Position numbers and translations under genes: made by a program. From an uncultured Verrucomicrobiae bacterium (GTDB taxonomy: Bacteria > Verrucomicrobiota > Verrucomicrobiia > Chthoniobacterales > JAFAMB01), in contig CAVXLD010000011.1 of NCBI GenBank assembly GCA_963762565.1, positions 32,001 to 96,000 on the forward strand: a stretch of 64,000 nt of DNA, written 5' to 3'. Under the pieces are notes generated by a model, which was given only the letters and a program-made list of their open reading frames with translations, was not told the DNA's origin and did not search any database. Positions within the stretch are counted from its first letter, which is position 1. Every line of letters begins with the position of its first letter. This document shows, one piece after another, positions 19,139 to 30,233 of this stretch.

Positions 19139-21997
19139 ATGATGACCAACAAATGGGTATTGAGTCTGACGTTAGCCGGCGGGTTCTGCTTACCATGGCC
19201 CGCATCCGCGAAGGAAGAGCCCACTATAACTTCGGGAGGCCAGATGCTCCCGACTGGGCAAAACATTTCCCCACTAAGTGCGCCGGGCGCCAAAATCCAA
19301 GAGCTCAATCCGGGTTTAACAGACTTACCGAATTTTGTCGCCGGAGGCGGGGTTACCACGGTGCTCAGTCCCGACCAAAAGACCCTTCTAGTACTGACCA
19401 GCGGATACAATCTGGTTAGTTCCGCCACTAGCGATAAGAAGTCGCGAGAAGCGGATCAATACGTTTTTGTGTTCAATGCCTCTGGCGAACAACCGCAACA
19501 GAAGCAAGTGATCCGTGTCCCCAACACTTTCGCCGGGATCGCTTTTGATCCGTCCGGACAGAAATTTTACCTGGGCGGAGGTAAGGACGATAACATCCAT
19601 GTTTATTTACTAAAGGACGGTTCTTGGCAGGAGGAAGCGTCGCCCATTTCCTTAGCCCACAATGGCGGTAACGGCCTCCCCCGGAAAGAGACTCTCCCGG
19701 TCACAGCCGGTTTAGCGGTGACCGCTGATGGTCAGACTTTAGTGGTCGCCAACATTCAAAACGATTCCGTTTCCATCATTGATCTTTCGGCGGAAATCGT
19801 AAAACAAGAGCTGGATCTTCGCCCTGGGAAAATCGATTCTCGCCATCAAGGAGAAGCCGGTGGTGAGTACCCATTTTGGGTAACTACTAAGGGAAACGAG
19901 ATAGCTTACGTATCGAGCTTGCGCGACCGCGAAGTCGACGTGATCAGTCTTAAGCCCCCAGTCGATGTGCTGGCGCCGTCGGACGCTCCAGCGAAACCTG
20001 ACGCCATCGTATTGGCGAGGATCAAGGTGCCCGGCAATCCCAATCGCATGCTGCTGGACCGCGCCGGCCGCTACTTGTTCGTGGCCGAAGACAACAGCGA
20101 CAGCGTGGAGGTGATTGATACCCAATCGAACAAAGTAGTGAAATCGATAAAGGTCGCTGGCCCGGGAGACGTTCTGCCCGATCGGCTAATGCATTATCGG
20201 GGGCTTTCGCCAAATAGCCTCGCTCTTTCTGCCGACGAGCGCGTCCTTTATGTGACCGAAGGAGGAGCAAATTGTGTCGCCGTCATCGATTTATCGTCCG
20301 ACCTGTCCGCTGTACTCCCGCCTCGCGGGACGAAGGAGGAAGTCTCAGCGAAGGGGACAAGAACTCTGCAGCCCAAGGTAGTGGGGTTAATCCCAACGAC
20401 CTTCTATCCCAACTGTGTGGTTGTAAGCGGAGACGGACAGCGCCTCTATATTGTTAACGGAAAGAGCGAGACCGGTCCGAACCCCGGTTATTTCGAGCGC
20501 AAGAATCCTAACCAATACGTTTTGGAACTTTTGCATTCCTCGCTCTTAACAATCCCGATCCCGACCAAGGAACAACTAGTCGATACCACCAAAGCCGTGG
20601 TTGAGAACAATCAATTTTCGGCAAAGCCGCTCGACTCGGATCGCTTCCTGATGGCGTACCTCCGGCGCCAGGTGAAACACGTGATTTATATTGTAAAAGA
20701 GAACCGGACCTATGATCAAATCTTGGGCGATTTAGATCGAGGCAACGGCGATCGGTCTCTTACCCAGTTCGGTTCGGCCATAACCCCTAACTTTCATCAT
20801 CTGGCGCAGCAATTTGTGTGTCTCGACAATTTTTATGATTCCGGAGATGTCAGCGCTAATGGCTGGCCTTGGAGCACCGCAGGCCGCGAGAGTGATTTTG
20901 GCGTGAAAGCGGTTGTGCTCAGCTATGCGGAGCGCGGCCTGACCTATGATTTCGAAGGAACAGACCGGAATATCAATGTTGGGCTACCCTCGTTAGCGGA
21001 TCGGGCTGCGGCAAATCCGCTAAACCCGGAAGATCCCGATCTGTTGCCCGGAACCGCGGATGTGGCGGCGCCAGACGGAGCAACCAATGCGGAGGAGGGC
21101 ATGGGCTATCTTTGGAACCTTGCTCTGAAAGCGGGAAAGAGCGTGCGGAATTACGGCTTTTTTTGTGACTTGAGCCGGTACGAAGAACCGCCTCCCGAAC
21201 AGATCCCGCTCGAGCGACACCCATTCGACAAGAAACTGCAGGTGGCCTACCCGACAAAAGCAGCTCTTATGGAGCTGACGGACCGCTATTTTCGCGGCTT
21301 TGATACGGCTTTTCCAGACTATTGGCGCGAGATCGAATGGGAACGAGAATTCGATAGGTTTGTTCGGGACGGTGAGTTGCCTGATCTCTGCCTAGTTCGC
21401 TTTATGGAGGATCACATGGGTTCCTTCAAAAAGGCAATCGATGGCATCAACACCCCGGAGCGCCAGCAGGCCGACAACGATTATGCCGTAGGACGGTTAG
21501 TCGAAAAAATCGGGTCGAGCCCTTTCAAGGATAACACTCTCATTTTTGTGGTTGAGGATGACGCCCAGAACGGGGCCGATCATGTCGATTCTCATCGGTC
21601 TACGGCCTACGTAGTCGGACCTTTTGTTAAACAAGGCCAGGTCGTTTCCCAATTTTATACGACGGTAAACCTTCTTCGCACCATCGAAGACATCTTGGGT
21701 ACCGACCATCTCAATATCCATACCGCCACCGCACGTCCAATGTCTGAGGTATTCGATCTCAAACAGGAAACCTGGAAGTTCAAGGCCGAGCCTTCGGCTT
21801 ATCTCAAGGATACGGAGCTACCGCTTGCTAACAAAACCGGAGCGATGCAACCAACCCATGACGCAGCTTACTGGGCAGCAGCAACGGCCCAGTTCGATTT
21901 CTCCAAGGAAGACAATCTTGGCGACCCCGATGCGTTCAACCGGATCATCTGGAAAGGCTTGAAGGGTGATGTGCCATATCCCGGCGATCGAAGGTGA
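19139..21997 (+). CDS. Secreted YVTN/YncE beta-propeller plus phosphoesterase (alkaline-phosphatase superfamily) fusion
   Basis: Signal peptide; propeller repeats; HVIYIVKENRTYDQILGD, DNDYAVGRLVE and EDDAQNGADHVDSHRS. Confidence 0.85.
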   Translation: MMTNKWVLSLTLAGGFCLPWPASAKEEPTITSGGQMLPTGQNISPLSAPGAKIQELNPGLTDLPNFVAGGGVTTVLSPDQKTLLVLTSGYNLVSSATSDKKSREADQYVFVFNASGEQPQQKQVIRVPNTFAGIAFDPSGQKFYLGGGKDDNIHVYLLKDGSWQEEASPISLAHNGGNGLPRKETLPVTAGLAVTADGQTLVVANIQNDSVSIIDLSAEIVKQELDLRPGKIDSRHQGEAGGEYPFWVTTKGNEIAYVSSLRDREVDVISLKPPVDVLAPSDAPAKPDAIVLARIKVPGNPNRMLLDRAGRYLFVAEDNSDSVEVIDTQSNKVVKSIKVAGPGDVLPDRLMHYRGLSPNSLALSADERVLYVTEGGANCVAVIDLSSDLSAVLPPRGTKEEVSAKGTRTLQPKVVGLIPTTFYPNCVVVSGDGQRLYIVNGKSETGPNPGYFERKNPNQYVLELLHSSLLTIPIPTKEQLVDTTKAVVENNQFSAKPLDSDRFLMAYLRRQVKHVIYIVKENRTYDQILGDLDRGNGDRSLTQFGSAITPNFHHLAQQFVCLDNFYDSGDVSANGWPWSTAGRESDFGVKAVVLSYAERGLTYDFEGTDRNINVGLPSLADRAAANPLNPEDPDLLPGTADVAAPDGATNAEEGMGYLWNLALKAGKSVRNYGFFCDLSRYEEPPPEQIPLERHPFDKKLQVAYPTKAALMELTDRYFRGFDTAFPDYWREIEWEREFDRFVRDGELPDLCLVRFMEDHMGSFKKAIDGINTPERQQADNDYAVGRLVEKIGSSPFKDNTLIFVVEDDAQNGADHVDSHRSTAYVVGPFVKQGQVVSQFYTTVNLLRTIEDILGTDHLNIHTATARPMSEVFDLKQETWKFKAEPSAYLKDTELPLANKTGAMQPTHDAAYWAAATAQFDFSKEDNLGDPDAFNRIIWKGLKGDVPYPGDRR

Positions 21998-22141
21998 GAA
22001 GTGAGAAGTGAGAGGCGGCTGCAAAAATGTGGTGGGGTGAGGACTCCCGATCTTCCGTGGAGGTTGCACGGGGCGATCGGATCTCTGCAATCTGCAGTGC
22101 CCCGTGTCTTACGGTTGCCGAGCCGCGGTCCAGGGCGTGCT

Positions 22142-22243
22142 AGTGTCCTGTCCCATAAATAGCATGGCTTTCGTCCGGCAACTGGCGGACCGGCGGCCCA
22201 TTTTGATCGCAACGAAACCCAGTTATTTATGGCACAGGACACT
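22142..22243. mobile_element. Short MITE, family M
   Basis: agtgtcctgtcccataaatagcatggctttcg ... cgaaacccagttatttatggcacaggacact; the left end starts within CTAG as at 10621. Confidence 0.7.
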
Positions 22244-22348
22244 GGACCGGACGCGGCTTTGTCCTTCCCGTTTTGCTCCAGCTACGCCGCTTTGTGCCCC
22301 TTTGAGATCTTCTTGTGAAACTACACGGGTATATTCTAACCTCGAGCC

Positions 22349-23242
22349 ATGTTCCGGCTTCTTTTGCTTACCTATACAGCCGCGGTCCTACTTGCGGCCC
22401 TGACATCAGCGGCTCAGTCAGCCCAACATATCTGCTTCAGCCGGGACCGAGGGATTTGGATCGCCAATACTGATGGGACTGGCGCTCACAAGATCGTGAC
22501 TGGTGACGATCCGGCGATTTCTCCGGATGGTGCGCGCATTGCCTATACGGAGTCGGGAAAGGGGAAGGGACCTATTCGGCACATCGCAGTAATAGAGGTT
22601 AGCTCCGGGAAGAAAATGGTGTTTGGCAATCTTCCCAGTGACAACGCCTATGGGCCGGTCTGGTCACCCGACGGCAAACATCTCTTGTTTAATATCTTCA
22701 CCGGAGAGCATTGGCGCTTTGGGCTAATCGGTGTGGACGGCACCGGATTTCAATTTGTACCGGCGCCTCCGGCCATAACGGCGGATCTTTTTTCGCCCGC
22801 TTGGGCCGTCGATGGCAAAAGCATATACGCTGAGGATCTCACCAACATTTATCAGACCGACTTAACCGGGAAGACGTTAGCACAATGGAAAATCTCCGAC
22901 GCATTGCCAAATGCCGACATGAATAGCAACAACCGCATTGTGCCTTCCGATGATGGCAAGACATTCCTCGTAGATGCCGACCTGGATGAGGAAGGGCAAA
23001 TCAAATCTTGGGACGGACCGCCTCCAGGCGTCTTCCTCTTTGACATCGACAGCGGCAAAGCTCATCGGGTTTCGCCGGCTAAGGTGTACGCCTGGGATCC
23101 TTCCTGGCTTAACGCCCAGCAGTACCTTTTCACCAGCACCATCGATGGCCGGCATTTTGGCATCTACAAAACAACATTGTCCGGCGAAAAACCGCAGCTC
23201 ATTGTCAATAACGCTTCGTCGGTAACCGTGTCGACTCAATAG
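22349..23242 (+). CDS. Secreted TolB-like (PD40) beta-propeller protein
   Basis: Signal peptide; PAISPDG, PVWSPDG and PAWAVDG repeats. Confidence 0.85.
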   Translation: MFRLLLLTYTAAVLLAALTSAAQSAQHICFSRDRGIWIANTDGTGAHKIVTGDDPAISPDGARIAYTESGKGKGPIRHIAVIEVSSGKKMVFGNLPSDNAYGPVWSPDGKHLLFNIFTGEHWRFGLIGVDGTGFQFVPAPPAITADLFSPAWAVDGKSIYAEDLTNIYQTDLTGKTLAQWKISDALPNADMNSNNRIVPSDDGKTFLVDADLDEEGQIKSWDGPPPGVFLFDIDSGKAHRVSPAKVYAWDPSWLNAQQYLFTSTIDGRHFGIYKTTLSGEKPQLIVNNASSVTVSTQ

Positions 23243-23287
23243 TTCGTATTTCTGACCGCGCCGATGATCACCGAGCTCAGCGCGACT

Positions 23288-25693
23288 TCACGATAGAGTT
23301 ATCCGAAGTTCTCGCTGGGCCCCCAAAGAACTATCGGAGACAATGGAGCCGCCTTGGAGATCGATTGGCCGCATTTCCTGACGCGGCAGAAACAGAATGG
23401 TTTGTCCAGGTTGGGGACATCCATCCCCGCGGCGCTCAATCTTTACCGATAGATCGGAACGAGAACCCACTATTTGTAAACGCCATGTCCAATATTTCCC
23501 GTCCCGGTACGCTTCGCTTTCACCGTCATCCTCAAAGCACTCGTACTCGAACTCGGTATCGTTACGACTTGGGAACAGATAAAATCCGCGTTGATCGGCC
23601 GGCTTTGCGAAGTGCTGTTCAGCAACGTTCAGCGGAATAGCACTGTCTGCTCTAGCCAATAGCGGTGGACGATCCCACGGTGCAGGCAACAAGATCTCTT
23701 GACCGCCGGTGTAGTAATCGCCGCTCCAAAAATCGTACCAGCCACTACCGGCAGGTAGGTAAACCTGGCGCGCACGTTGACCCGGTTCCACGACCGCTGC
23801 TACTAGGAGATTCGCTCCAAGTAACATATCGTCGTTTTCCAGGTAGCAGTGGTCGTCCTGCGGAAAGTCATGGAATGTCGGCCGGATAATAGGTGCATAA
23901 TCACGATGCGAGCGCCACAACAGGTCGTAAAAATAGGGGATTAGCCGATACCGGAACTTGATCAAATCACGAATGTAGGCGGTGATCTCCGGATACATCC
24001 AGGGTTCGTTAGCCGTCTGATCATCGTTCCACGAGTGGATGCTGAACCGCGGCATGAAGATACCAAATTGAACCCAACGTAATAAGAGTTCTGTATCGGG
24101 AGCAGGTCCGGAAAAACCGCCGACATCGTGACCAACATTCGATACCCCCGAGAGAGCCAGCCCGATACCCATTTTGATGTTGTAACGCAACGTTTCCCAA
24201 GAGGTATAATTGTCGCCAGACCAGGTCTGAACATAGCGATGCATACCAACGGCGCCGGAGCGCGTGACCAGAAAAGGTCTCTTGTCGGGAGCGAATTCAC
24301 GCTGGGCGTCACGCGATGCGCGTATCATCAAAAGAGTTTGGAGTGTCTTTGCCTTGACCGCTCGCCGCGACTGTCCAAAACCATTGATCCGCGCCCTTTT
24401 ATCCCAAACTTCAAACTCGTTATTGTCATTCCACGTGGCTACCACTCCGTATTTTAACAACGACTCGGCAACTCTCGATTTCCACCAGATCACCGTCTTC
24501 GGATTCGTAAAATCGAGATAGGCGCCAACTTCATCCCAAAATTGAACCATGGTGGGTTTTCCATCTTCATCTTGGATGAAGAGTCCCTCCGTTTCCGCTT
24601 CTTTAAAGCGGGGATGGTCCCGCAATAGACAGGGTTTAATGTTGGGACACAGACGGATTCCATGTGCCAAATAATGTCGAACGAAAGCTTCCGGGTCCGG
24701 AAACTTGGATCGATCCCAGTTGAACACATAACGCTTGCCGCTAATCGACGTATAACCGGAAGAGAGATGGAACGAGTCACAGAGGATATCGTGCTCCGCA
24801 CAACGTGACAGAAACTCATTCATCTGCTCCTGAGCATTGGGCGCGTCTGTGTAGGCCATGGTCGAGCCTGAGTAACCCAGGCTCCATTTCGGGGTGAATG
24901 CCGGCCGGCCGGTCAACCAAGTATAGCGCCGAACCACTTGCGCCATATCAGGGCCCGCGATGAAGTAGTAATCCAGGTCACCATAGTCAGCGGCGAAATA
25001 ACGATAGGGGCCATGATAGTTATCCAGTTCGCGCCCGAGGTCGAAAGTACAATCCGCATTGGTATCGTAGAATAAGCCGTAGGCCAACCTCGTCTTACTC
25101 TTCCAAGTCAGATAGAAGGGGATATGCTTGTACAAAGGGTCAGTGGTCCGGGCGTTGTAACCCATCGCATCGACATTCGTCATGCGATAATTTTGACCAG
25201 CCCGGTTAGTACTTCCGGCTCGCTCGCCCAAGCCGAAGTACATTTCATCTGGCTCGCGTTTTAAGTAATGGTAAATACGTTCATCCCACCAACCGAAATT
25301 GTAGTTTTGGGTAGAGCGGTCTACCGCGGCGAATTCAAAGCGCCCGTCCGCTAGTACTTCCCATTGACAATATAAACCTTGCAAATGGATCGTTAGACGA
25401 ATGCGGTTAGTCACTAACCGAATCGTACCCGGCTCCTCTTCGAACTGGAAAGCGGGCAACGAAAAGCCATCGAGCTGAAATCGGTCCCTGCCTTCAAGGG
25501 GAACATCTTCCTGCCCCGGCGCTACCGCCCAGGTCCGCGGGAAATAAAGGGTACCCCCAGGCAGTACCATGACGCGCAGAATATCTTCTTCCAGAATAAA
25601 GAGATGGGCGATATGGCCCTCGTCGCTCTGCAAGGTGATTCGGGCGCCCGCCCGTTCAGTGACCCGAAATATTGGAATAGTAGCAAGTGACAT
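23288..25693 (-). CDS. Glycoside hydrolase family 31 (alpha-glucosidase-like)
   Basis: DPLYKHIPF, WNDNNE nucleophile, WSGDN and GHDVGGF. Confidence 0.9.
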   Translation of the reverse strand: MSLATIPIFRVTERAGARITLQSDEGHIAHLFILEEDILRVMVLPGGTLYFPRTWAVAPGQEDVPLEGRDRFQLDGFSLPAFQFEEEPGTIRLVTNRIRLTIHLQGLYCQWEVLADGRFEFAAVDRSTQNYNFGWWDERIYHYLKREPDEMYFGLGERAGSTNRAGQNYRMTNVDAMGYNARTTDPLYKHIPFYLTWKSKTRLAYGLFYDTNADCTFDLGRELDNYHGPYRYFAADYGDLDYYFIAGPDMAQVVRRYTWLTGRPAFTPKWSLGYSGSTMAYTDAPNAQEQMNEFLSRCAEHDILCDSFHLSSGYTSISGKRYVFNWDRSKFPDPEAFVRHYLAHGIRLCPNIKPCLLRDHPRFKEAETEGLFIQDEDGKPTMVQFWDEVGAYLDFTNPKTVIWWKSRVAESLLKYGVVATWNDNNEFEVWDKRARINGFGQSRRAVKAKTLQTLLMIRASRDAQREFAPDKRPFLVTRSGAVGMHRYVQTWSGDNYTSWETLRYNIKMGIGLALSGVSNVGHDVGGFSGPAPDTELLLRWVQFGIFMPRFSIHSWNDDQTANEPWMYPEITAYIRDLIKFRYRLIPYFYDLLWRSHRDYAPIIRPTFHDFPQDDHCYLENDDMLLGANLLVAAVVEPGQRARQVYLPAGSGWYDFWSGDYYTGGQEILLPAPWDRPPLLARADSAIPLNVAEQHFAKPADQRGFYLFPSRNDTEFEYECFEDDGESEAYRDGKYWTWRLQIVGSRSDLSVKIERRGDGCPQPGQTILFLPRQEMRPIDLQGGSIVSDSSLGAQRELRITLS

Positions 25694-25708
25694 AGCAGAC
25701 TCCCGTAA

Positions 25709-26984
25709 TCAGCGAATCGTAGCCGGGGATTCATCTTTGCGTCCGCGCACCAGCACAATCACGATGATCGCACCGACGATGTCGAAGACCGCTAGGCAGG
25801 CAAATAGCGGTCCGTAACCGATGGTGGTTGCCAGGGCGCCGACTACCAACGTGAACAGCAACCCGCCGGTCCACGACGCAGTGCCGGTAAAGCCGTTGGC
25901 GGTCGCCACTTCATTCGCATCAAATACATCGGCGCACAGCGTATTCAGTAGGGCTGAGATCATTTGGTGGGCGAACCCCCCAATGCAGAAAAGCCCAATC
26001 GCCAGGTATGGGTTATTAGCCAACCCAATCGATCCCGGACCGATCATTAGCAACGCTCCCAGTACGATCCCCGCGATTCTCGAATCGATCAGCTTGATAT
26101 GGAAGTACTTCATCAATAACGGTGACAAGTAACCGCCAAAGATTCCGCCGAGATCGGCCGCCAGAAAAGGAAGCCAGGCGAATATGGCGATCTCTTTAAT
26201 ATCCATGTGCCGCACCGTGGCCAAGTACAGGGGAATCCAAAAGTTGAAAGTTTGCCATGCCGGCTCTGCTAAGAAGCGGGGTAGGGCGATGCCCCAGAAT
26301 CGCCTGGAAGACAAAATCTTCTTTACCGACGGCGGTTTTCTTTCCCCTGCGCTCGCGATCTTATCCGGTTCTTGACCCTGTAGGATATACGCACGCTCAC
26401 CTTCCGTTAGTGACTTATGCTTGCTGGGGGAGCGATAGAATACCCACCATAAGCCTGCCCAGATAAAACCGAGGCACCCGGTCACCACGAAAGCCATCTG
26501 CCAGCTAGACTGCAACAAAACCCAAACCACTAAGGGCGGAGCTAATAACGCGCCGAGAGAAGTGCCGGCGTAAAATAACCGACTGCCACAGAGCGTTCCT
26601 TGGCCGGAAACCACTCAGAGATCGCTTTGATGCCGGCCGGGATGCTGAAGCCTCGCTTAAGCCAAGGAGCCCCCTAAAAAAAGCTAACGAGCCCCAGCCT
26701 CCAGCGAACGCATGTAAGACATTGAAAGAGACCAAGCCAAAGCGAAAAGCGCGAACCCAAGTTGGAGCCCCAAAAAGTCAAGGATGAAGCCGCAGACCGA
26801 CTGCATGACGGTGTAGCCGATCTGAAAGGCGGCGACGATGTACGAATACTCTTGAGTTGAGAATTGCAGTTTCTTCTGTAGCTCAGGCGCCAAGACCGCG
26901 AGCGAATCCGCGCCAGATAGTTAATGATCGTACCGAGACAAATAAGACCTATGATCCACCAACGCAGTCCTTTGATTGTTTCAT
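25709..26984 (-). pseudogene. MFS sugar/hexuronate transporter (ExuT-like) with five 1-bp deletions in the 5' ~420 bp (pseudogene or assembly error)
   Basis: Restoring five bases gives MKTIKGLRWWIIGLICLGTIINYLARNSLAVLAPEL...IPAGIKAISEWFPAKERSVAVGYFNAGTSLG (427 codons). Confidence 0.75.
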
Positions 26985-27272
26985 ACTGGGGGGAGAGTCG
27001 GACCGACTATGGCAGGCTCCTCTAAAATTAGGCCTAGCGGTATTGTAATCGGCGAAAAATAATTCTGTCGAGATTTTGTGGTGCGAGGTGCACTGTTATC
27101 GGTCTCAACATCATAAGTGGAAGGTCTCATTAGAAGTTGAGAGAGGAGATGGAGTAGTAGAGCTGCGTAGCGTCGGCGGGAGGTATGACGATTTCTAGTG
27201 CCGCGGTGTGCCCCGGCCGCCGGAAGCCTTTCATCTTTCACTTTTCACTTTTCACCTTAGAGTGACCGCTCC

Positions 27273-29138
27273 ATGCTCACGATCTCCCAGGTTACAAAGT
27301 CCTTCGGGGCCGATGTTCTCTTCGAAGAGGTATCTCTTCAGGTTAACCGCGGGGATCGGCTTGGGTTGATTGGCGCCAATGGATCCGGCAAGTCGACGCT
27401 GCTATCCTTAATTCTAAGGCGTGACGAACCTGACAGCGGCTCGATCCAATTGCAGAGGAATGCGCGGGTTGGGTTTCTGCCACAGGAAAATGCTCCGGTT
27501 GGAGAGGAGACCGTCCTCCAATTGGCGACCCTGCGGGACATGCGCAGCTTAGACGGCACCCAGACCAGTCCCGACCCGACAGAGGGCGATTTTGAACGCG
27601 AGGCCAAAGCCAAGCGCATACTCTCTGGTTTGGCCTTTCGCGTAAAAGATTTTGATCGACCGGCAAAAGAGTTTAGCGGCGGCTGGATTATGCGTGCGCA
27701 CTTGGCGCGTCTGCTTGTTGACGAGCCCGATTTGCTCCTACTCGACGAACCGACGAATCATCTCGACCTAGAGACGGTCGTTTGGCTGCAGAAATATCTC
27801 CAAACTTACGCCGGCGCGCTGCTTCTGATCTCGCATGACCGGGCTTTTCTCAATTCTCTGGTGACACGGATCGTCGAGCTCGACCGGCAACGACTCTCGT
27901 CGTACGCCGGCAATTATGACGATTTTGTTGTCCAGAAAGAGGCGCGTCGTTCACAGCAATTGGCGGCTTACAAAAATCAGCAACGGCGGATTGAGCAGCT
28001 ACAGACGTTTATCGACCGGTTTGGCGCAAAGAATACCAAAGCGTCACAGGCTCAAAGCAAACGAAAAGAGATCGCACGCATGGAGCGAATCGATGCGCCG
28101 GAAAAAGACTCGGCGCCGATTCACTTCAGGTTTCCGCAGCCAAGCCGGAGCGGCGCCAGAGTAATCACTCTGGCACATATCAGCCACGCCTACGGGGAGA
28201 CCAAGGTCTATACTGATCTGAATCTCGAGATCGAGCGGGGGCAACGCACCGTCTTAGTCGGTCCGAACGGAGCAGGTAAATCGACCTTGCTAAAGCTAGT
28301 GGCAGGCGTGCTACCGGTACAAAGCGGTCGCCGCGAATTGGGGTATAACGTCGAACTCGGCTATTTTTCTCAACATCGGGTCGAGATGTTTGACCTTCGC
28401 CGGACCGTTCTGGCAGAGGCTAGCGACATCTCGGCGCCTGTGAGCGAACAAACGGTCAGAAGCCAGTTGGGCGCTTTTCTTTTCAGTGGCGATGATGTGT
28501 TTAAGCCCGTCTCCGTGCTCAGCGGTGGCGAGAAGAGCCGCCTCGCCCTGGCTAAGTTATTGTTGGACCCGCCTAATTTCCTAGTGATGGATGAACCTAC
28601 CACGCACTTGGATATGAGGAGTATCGAAGCGTTGGTCTTCGCGCTGAGCCAGTACGCTGGAACTCTGGCGTTTGTGAGTCACGACGTTCATTTCATCCGC
28701 TCAATTGCGAACTCGGTTCTGCATGTGAGGCAAGGCCAAATCAAGTTCTATCCGGGTGGCTACGATTATTTTATTGAAAAAACCGCATCAGATTCGGATC
28801 AGCTTAGCAGCCCGAATGGAGACGCTCCGGCGCCGCCAGTTCAATCTGCTCCCCGCAGCCAAGAGAAAGAGCGGAAACGCTTGGAAGCCGAAGCGCGCCA
28901 GCAACGTTCACAAGAGGAACGGGCGCTTCGCGCAAAGTTACAGCAAATCGAGACGCGGATCCTGAAGTTAGAAGAACGGCAACAAGAGTTAGTTGCTGCC
29001 TTACAGGAATCGAATGCGTCAACCTCCGAGCAGAGTTTGGAGTTAAAGAGGGTCGCCGACGAGCTAGCTACGTTAATGCCGGAATGGGACCGGTTGGTGG
29101 AGGAGAGTAAGGAGCTGCGGGCGGTGGCTGAGGGGTGA
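27273..29138 (+). CDS. ABC-F family ATPase
   Basis: Two ABC domains (GANGSGKST, FSGGW, GPNGAGKST, LSGGE), no TM segments, C-terminal coiled coil. Confidence 0.95.
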   Translation: MLTISQVTKSFGADVLFEEVSLQVNRGDRLGLIGANGSGKSTLLSLILRRDEPDSGSIQLQRNARVGFLPQENAPVGEETVLQLATLRDMRSLDGTQTSPDPTEGDFEREAKAKRILSGLAFRVKDFDRPAKEFSGGWIMRAHLARLLVDEPDLLLLDEPTNHLDLETVVWLQKYLQTYAGALLLISHDRAFLNSLVTRIVELDRQRLSSYAGNYDDFVVQKEARRSQQLAAYKNQQRRIEQLQTFIDRFGAKNTKASQAQSKRKEIARMERIDAPEKDSAPIHFRFPQPSRSGARVITLAHISHAYGETKVYTDLNLEIERGQRTVLVGPNGAGKSTLLKLVAGVLPVQSGRRELGYNVELGYFSQHRVEMFDLRRTVLAEASDISAPVSEQTVRSQLGAFLFSGDDVFKPVSVLSGGEKSRLALAKLLLDPPNFLVMDEPTTHLDMRSIEALVFALSQYAGTLAFVSHDVHFIRSIANSVLHVRQGQIKFYPGGYDYFIEKTASDSDQLSSPNGDAPAPPVQSAPRSQEKERKRLEAEARQQRSQEERALRAKLQQIETRILKLEERQQELVAALQESNASTSEQSLELKRVADELATLMPEWDRLVEESKELRAVAEG

Positions 29139-29485
29139 TTTGTCTGGGGCGGGGGAAACCCTGGGGCATGTAAAGGGTGATTAGTGATTGGTGGTAGCGA
29201 TGGTTCAGCCCCAAATCGGGGCGTTGCATTCCGGGTGGCACTTCAACCACTCATCGACGCCGACAATACGTTCCACCCCGCGTCTTTCCGAACCAGGGAG
29301 GCTGCCATGTTCGCCGGCGTCGATAGGCTCGTCGTGTATGGGCGTTGTTGATCTGTGCCGTGAAAAACTCGAGGAAGCGTCGTGCGGCTTTTCGCGTTGG
29401 CGCAAACACTGGCGCCGGCCGGAGGTCTTCTGAAGGCGCGACAACGCCGCCCTACCGATCTACTACCGTGTTAGATTACGGAAGG

Positions 29486-30184
29486 CTAGTCGTTCGTATC
29501 TCCTGCATCGGCCCCGCCGCTGAAAGTCGTCGTGCAACCCGAAGTGGTACAAAAACGATACTTGTCAGTTGAGCTGTTAGAGAAACCGAATTGACAGTTT
29601 GAAGCCATGTTTGAAAGGAAATAACAGTAGCCGTCCGATTGATAACCAAATTCCGCGCCGGTCACTTGATTGTAACTGACTCGGTTTCCGCCGATCGATT
29701 GAGTCAGGGAGATGCCGGCTCCGTTTGCACCGCCATTGATGATGTTCCGTTGAATCAGGCAAATCGTAGGATTAATCACCACAATTCCGTACTGAGGTGC
29801 AGAATTGATTTGGAGGTCTTGGGCGATCTCGGCTACGTTCTGTAGGTTTTGGGAGGACGGCGAGTCGAAATCAACGCCGGTGCGAAACCCAGTGATCACG
29901 CCGTTTTGGACGGTGACATTACTGAAGTTGTCGACATAAACGGCGATGGTCGGTGAGATATTGTCCTGGCAGGAAAGCGTAAAACCCTGAAGATCGATGA
30001 TCACATCGGAAGCCTTGACTGTAATCGCCTTACTTTTTCCGGAATAAGCCAGGTTCGCGGTTAGCACATAAGTGCCAGGGGCTTTGATCGTGTGCGGTAG
30101 AGACGATATCACGGTTTGGCCCGGCGCCGCGGCTGCAGCAAGTAAGGAACACAACCCGCAAAGGACATACTTTAAAGGATTCAT
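29486..30184 (-). CDS. Secreted right-handed beta-helix-like protein
   Basis: Signal peptide; TIKAPGTYVLTANL..AITVKASDVIIDLQGF and NVTVQNGVITGF. Confidence 0.7.
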   Translation of the reverse strand: MNPLKYVLCGLCSLLAAAAAPGQTVISSLPHTIKAPGTYVLTANLAYSGKSKAITVKASDVIIDLQGFTLSCQDNISPTIAVYVDNFSNVTVQNGVITGFRTGVDFDSPSSQNLQNVAEIAQDLQINSAPQYGIVVINPTICLIQRNIINGGANGAGISLTQSIGGNRVSYNQVTGAEFGYQSDGYCYFLSNMASNCQFGFSNSSTDKYRFCTTSGCTTTFSGGADAGDTND

Positions 30185-30233
30185 TGGATCGAGAATATTC
30201 AACATTAGAAATCGGTTTAGCGCTCGTCTGCCC

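Noticed and set aside
29140..29485. Weak inverted repeats after the ABC-F gene
   Set aside because: Only short, degenerate matches plus a partial family F arm; no element could be defined.
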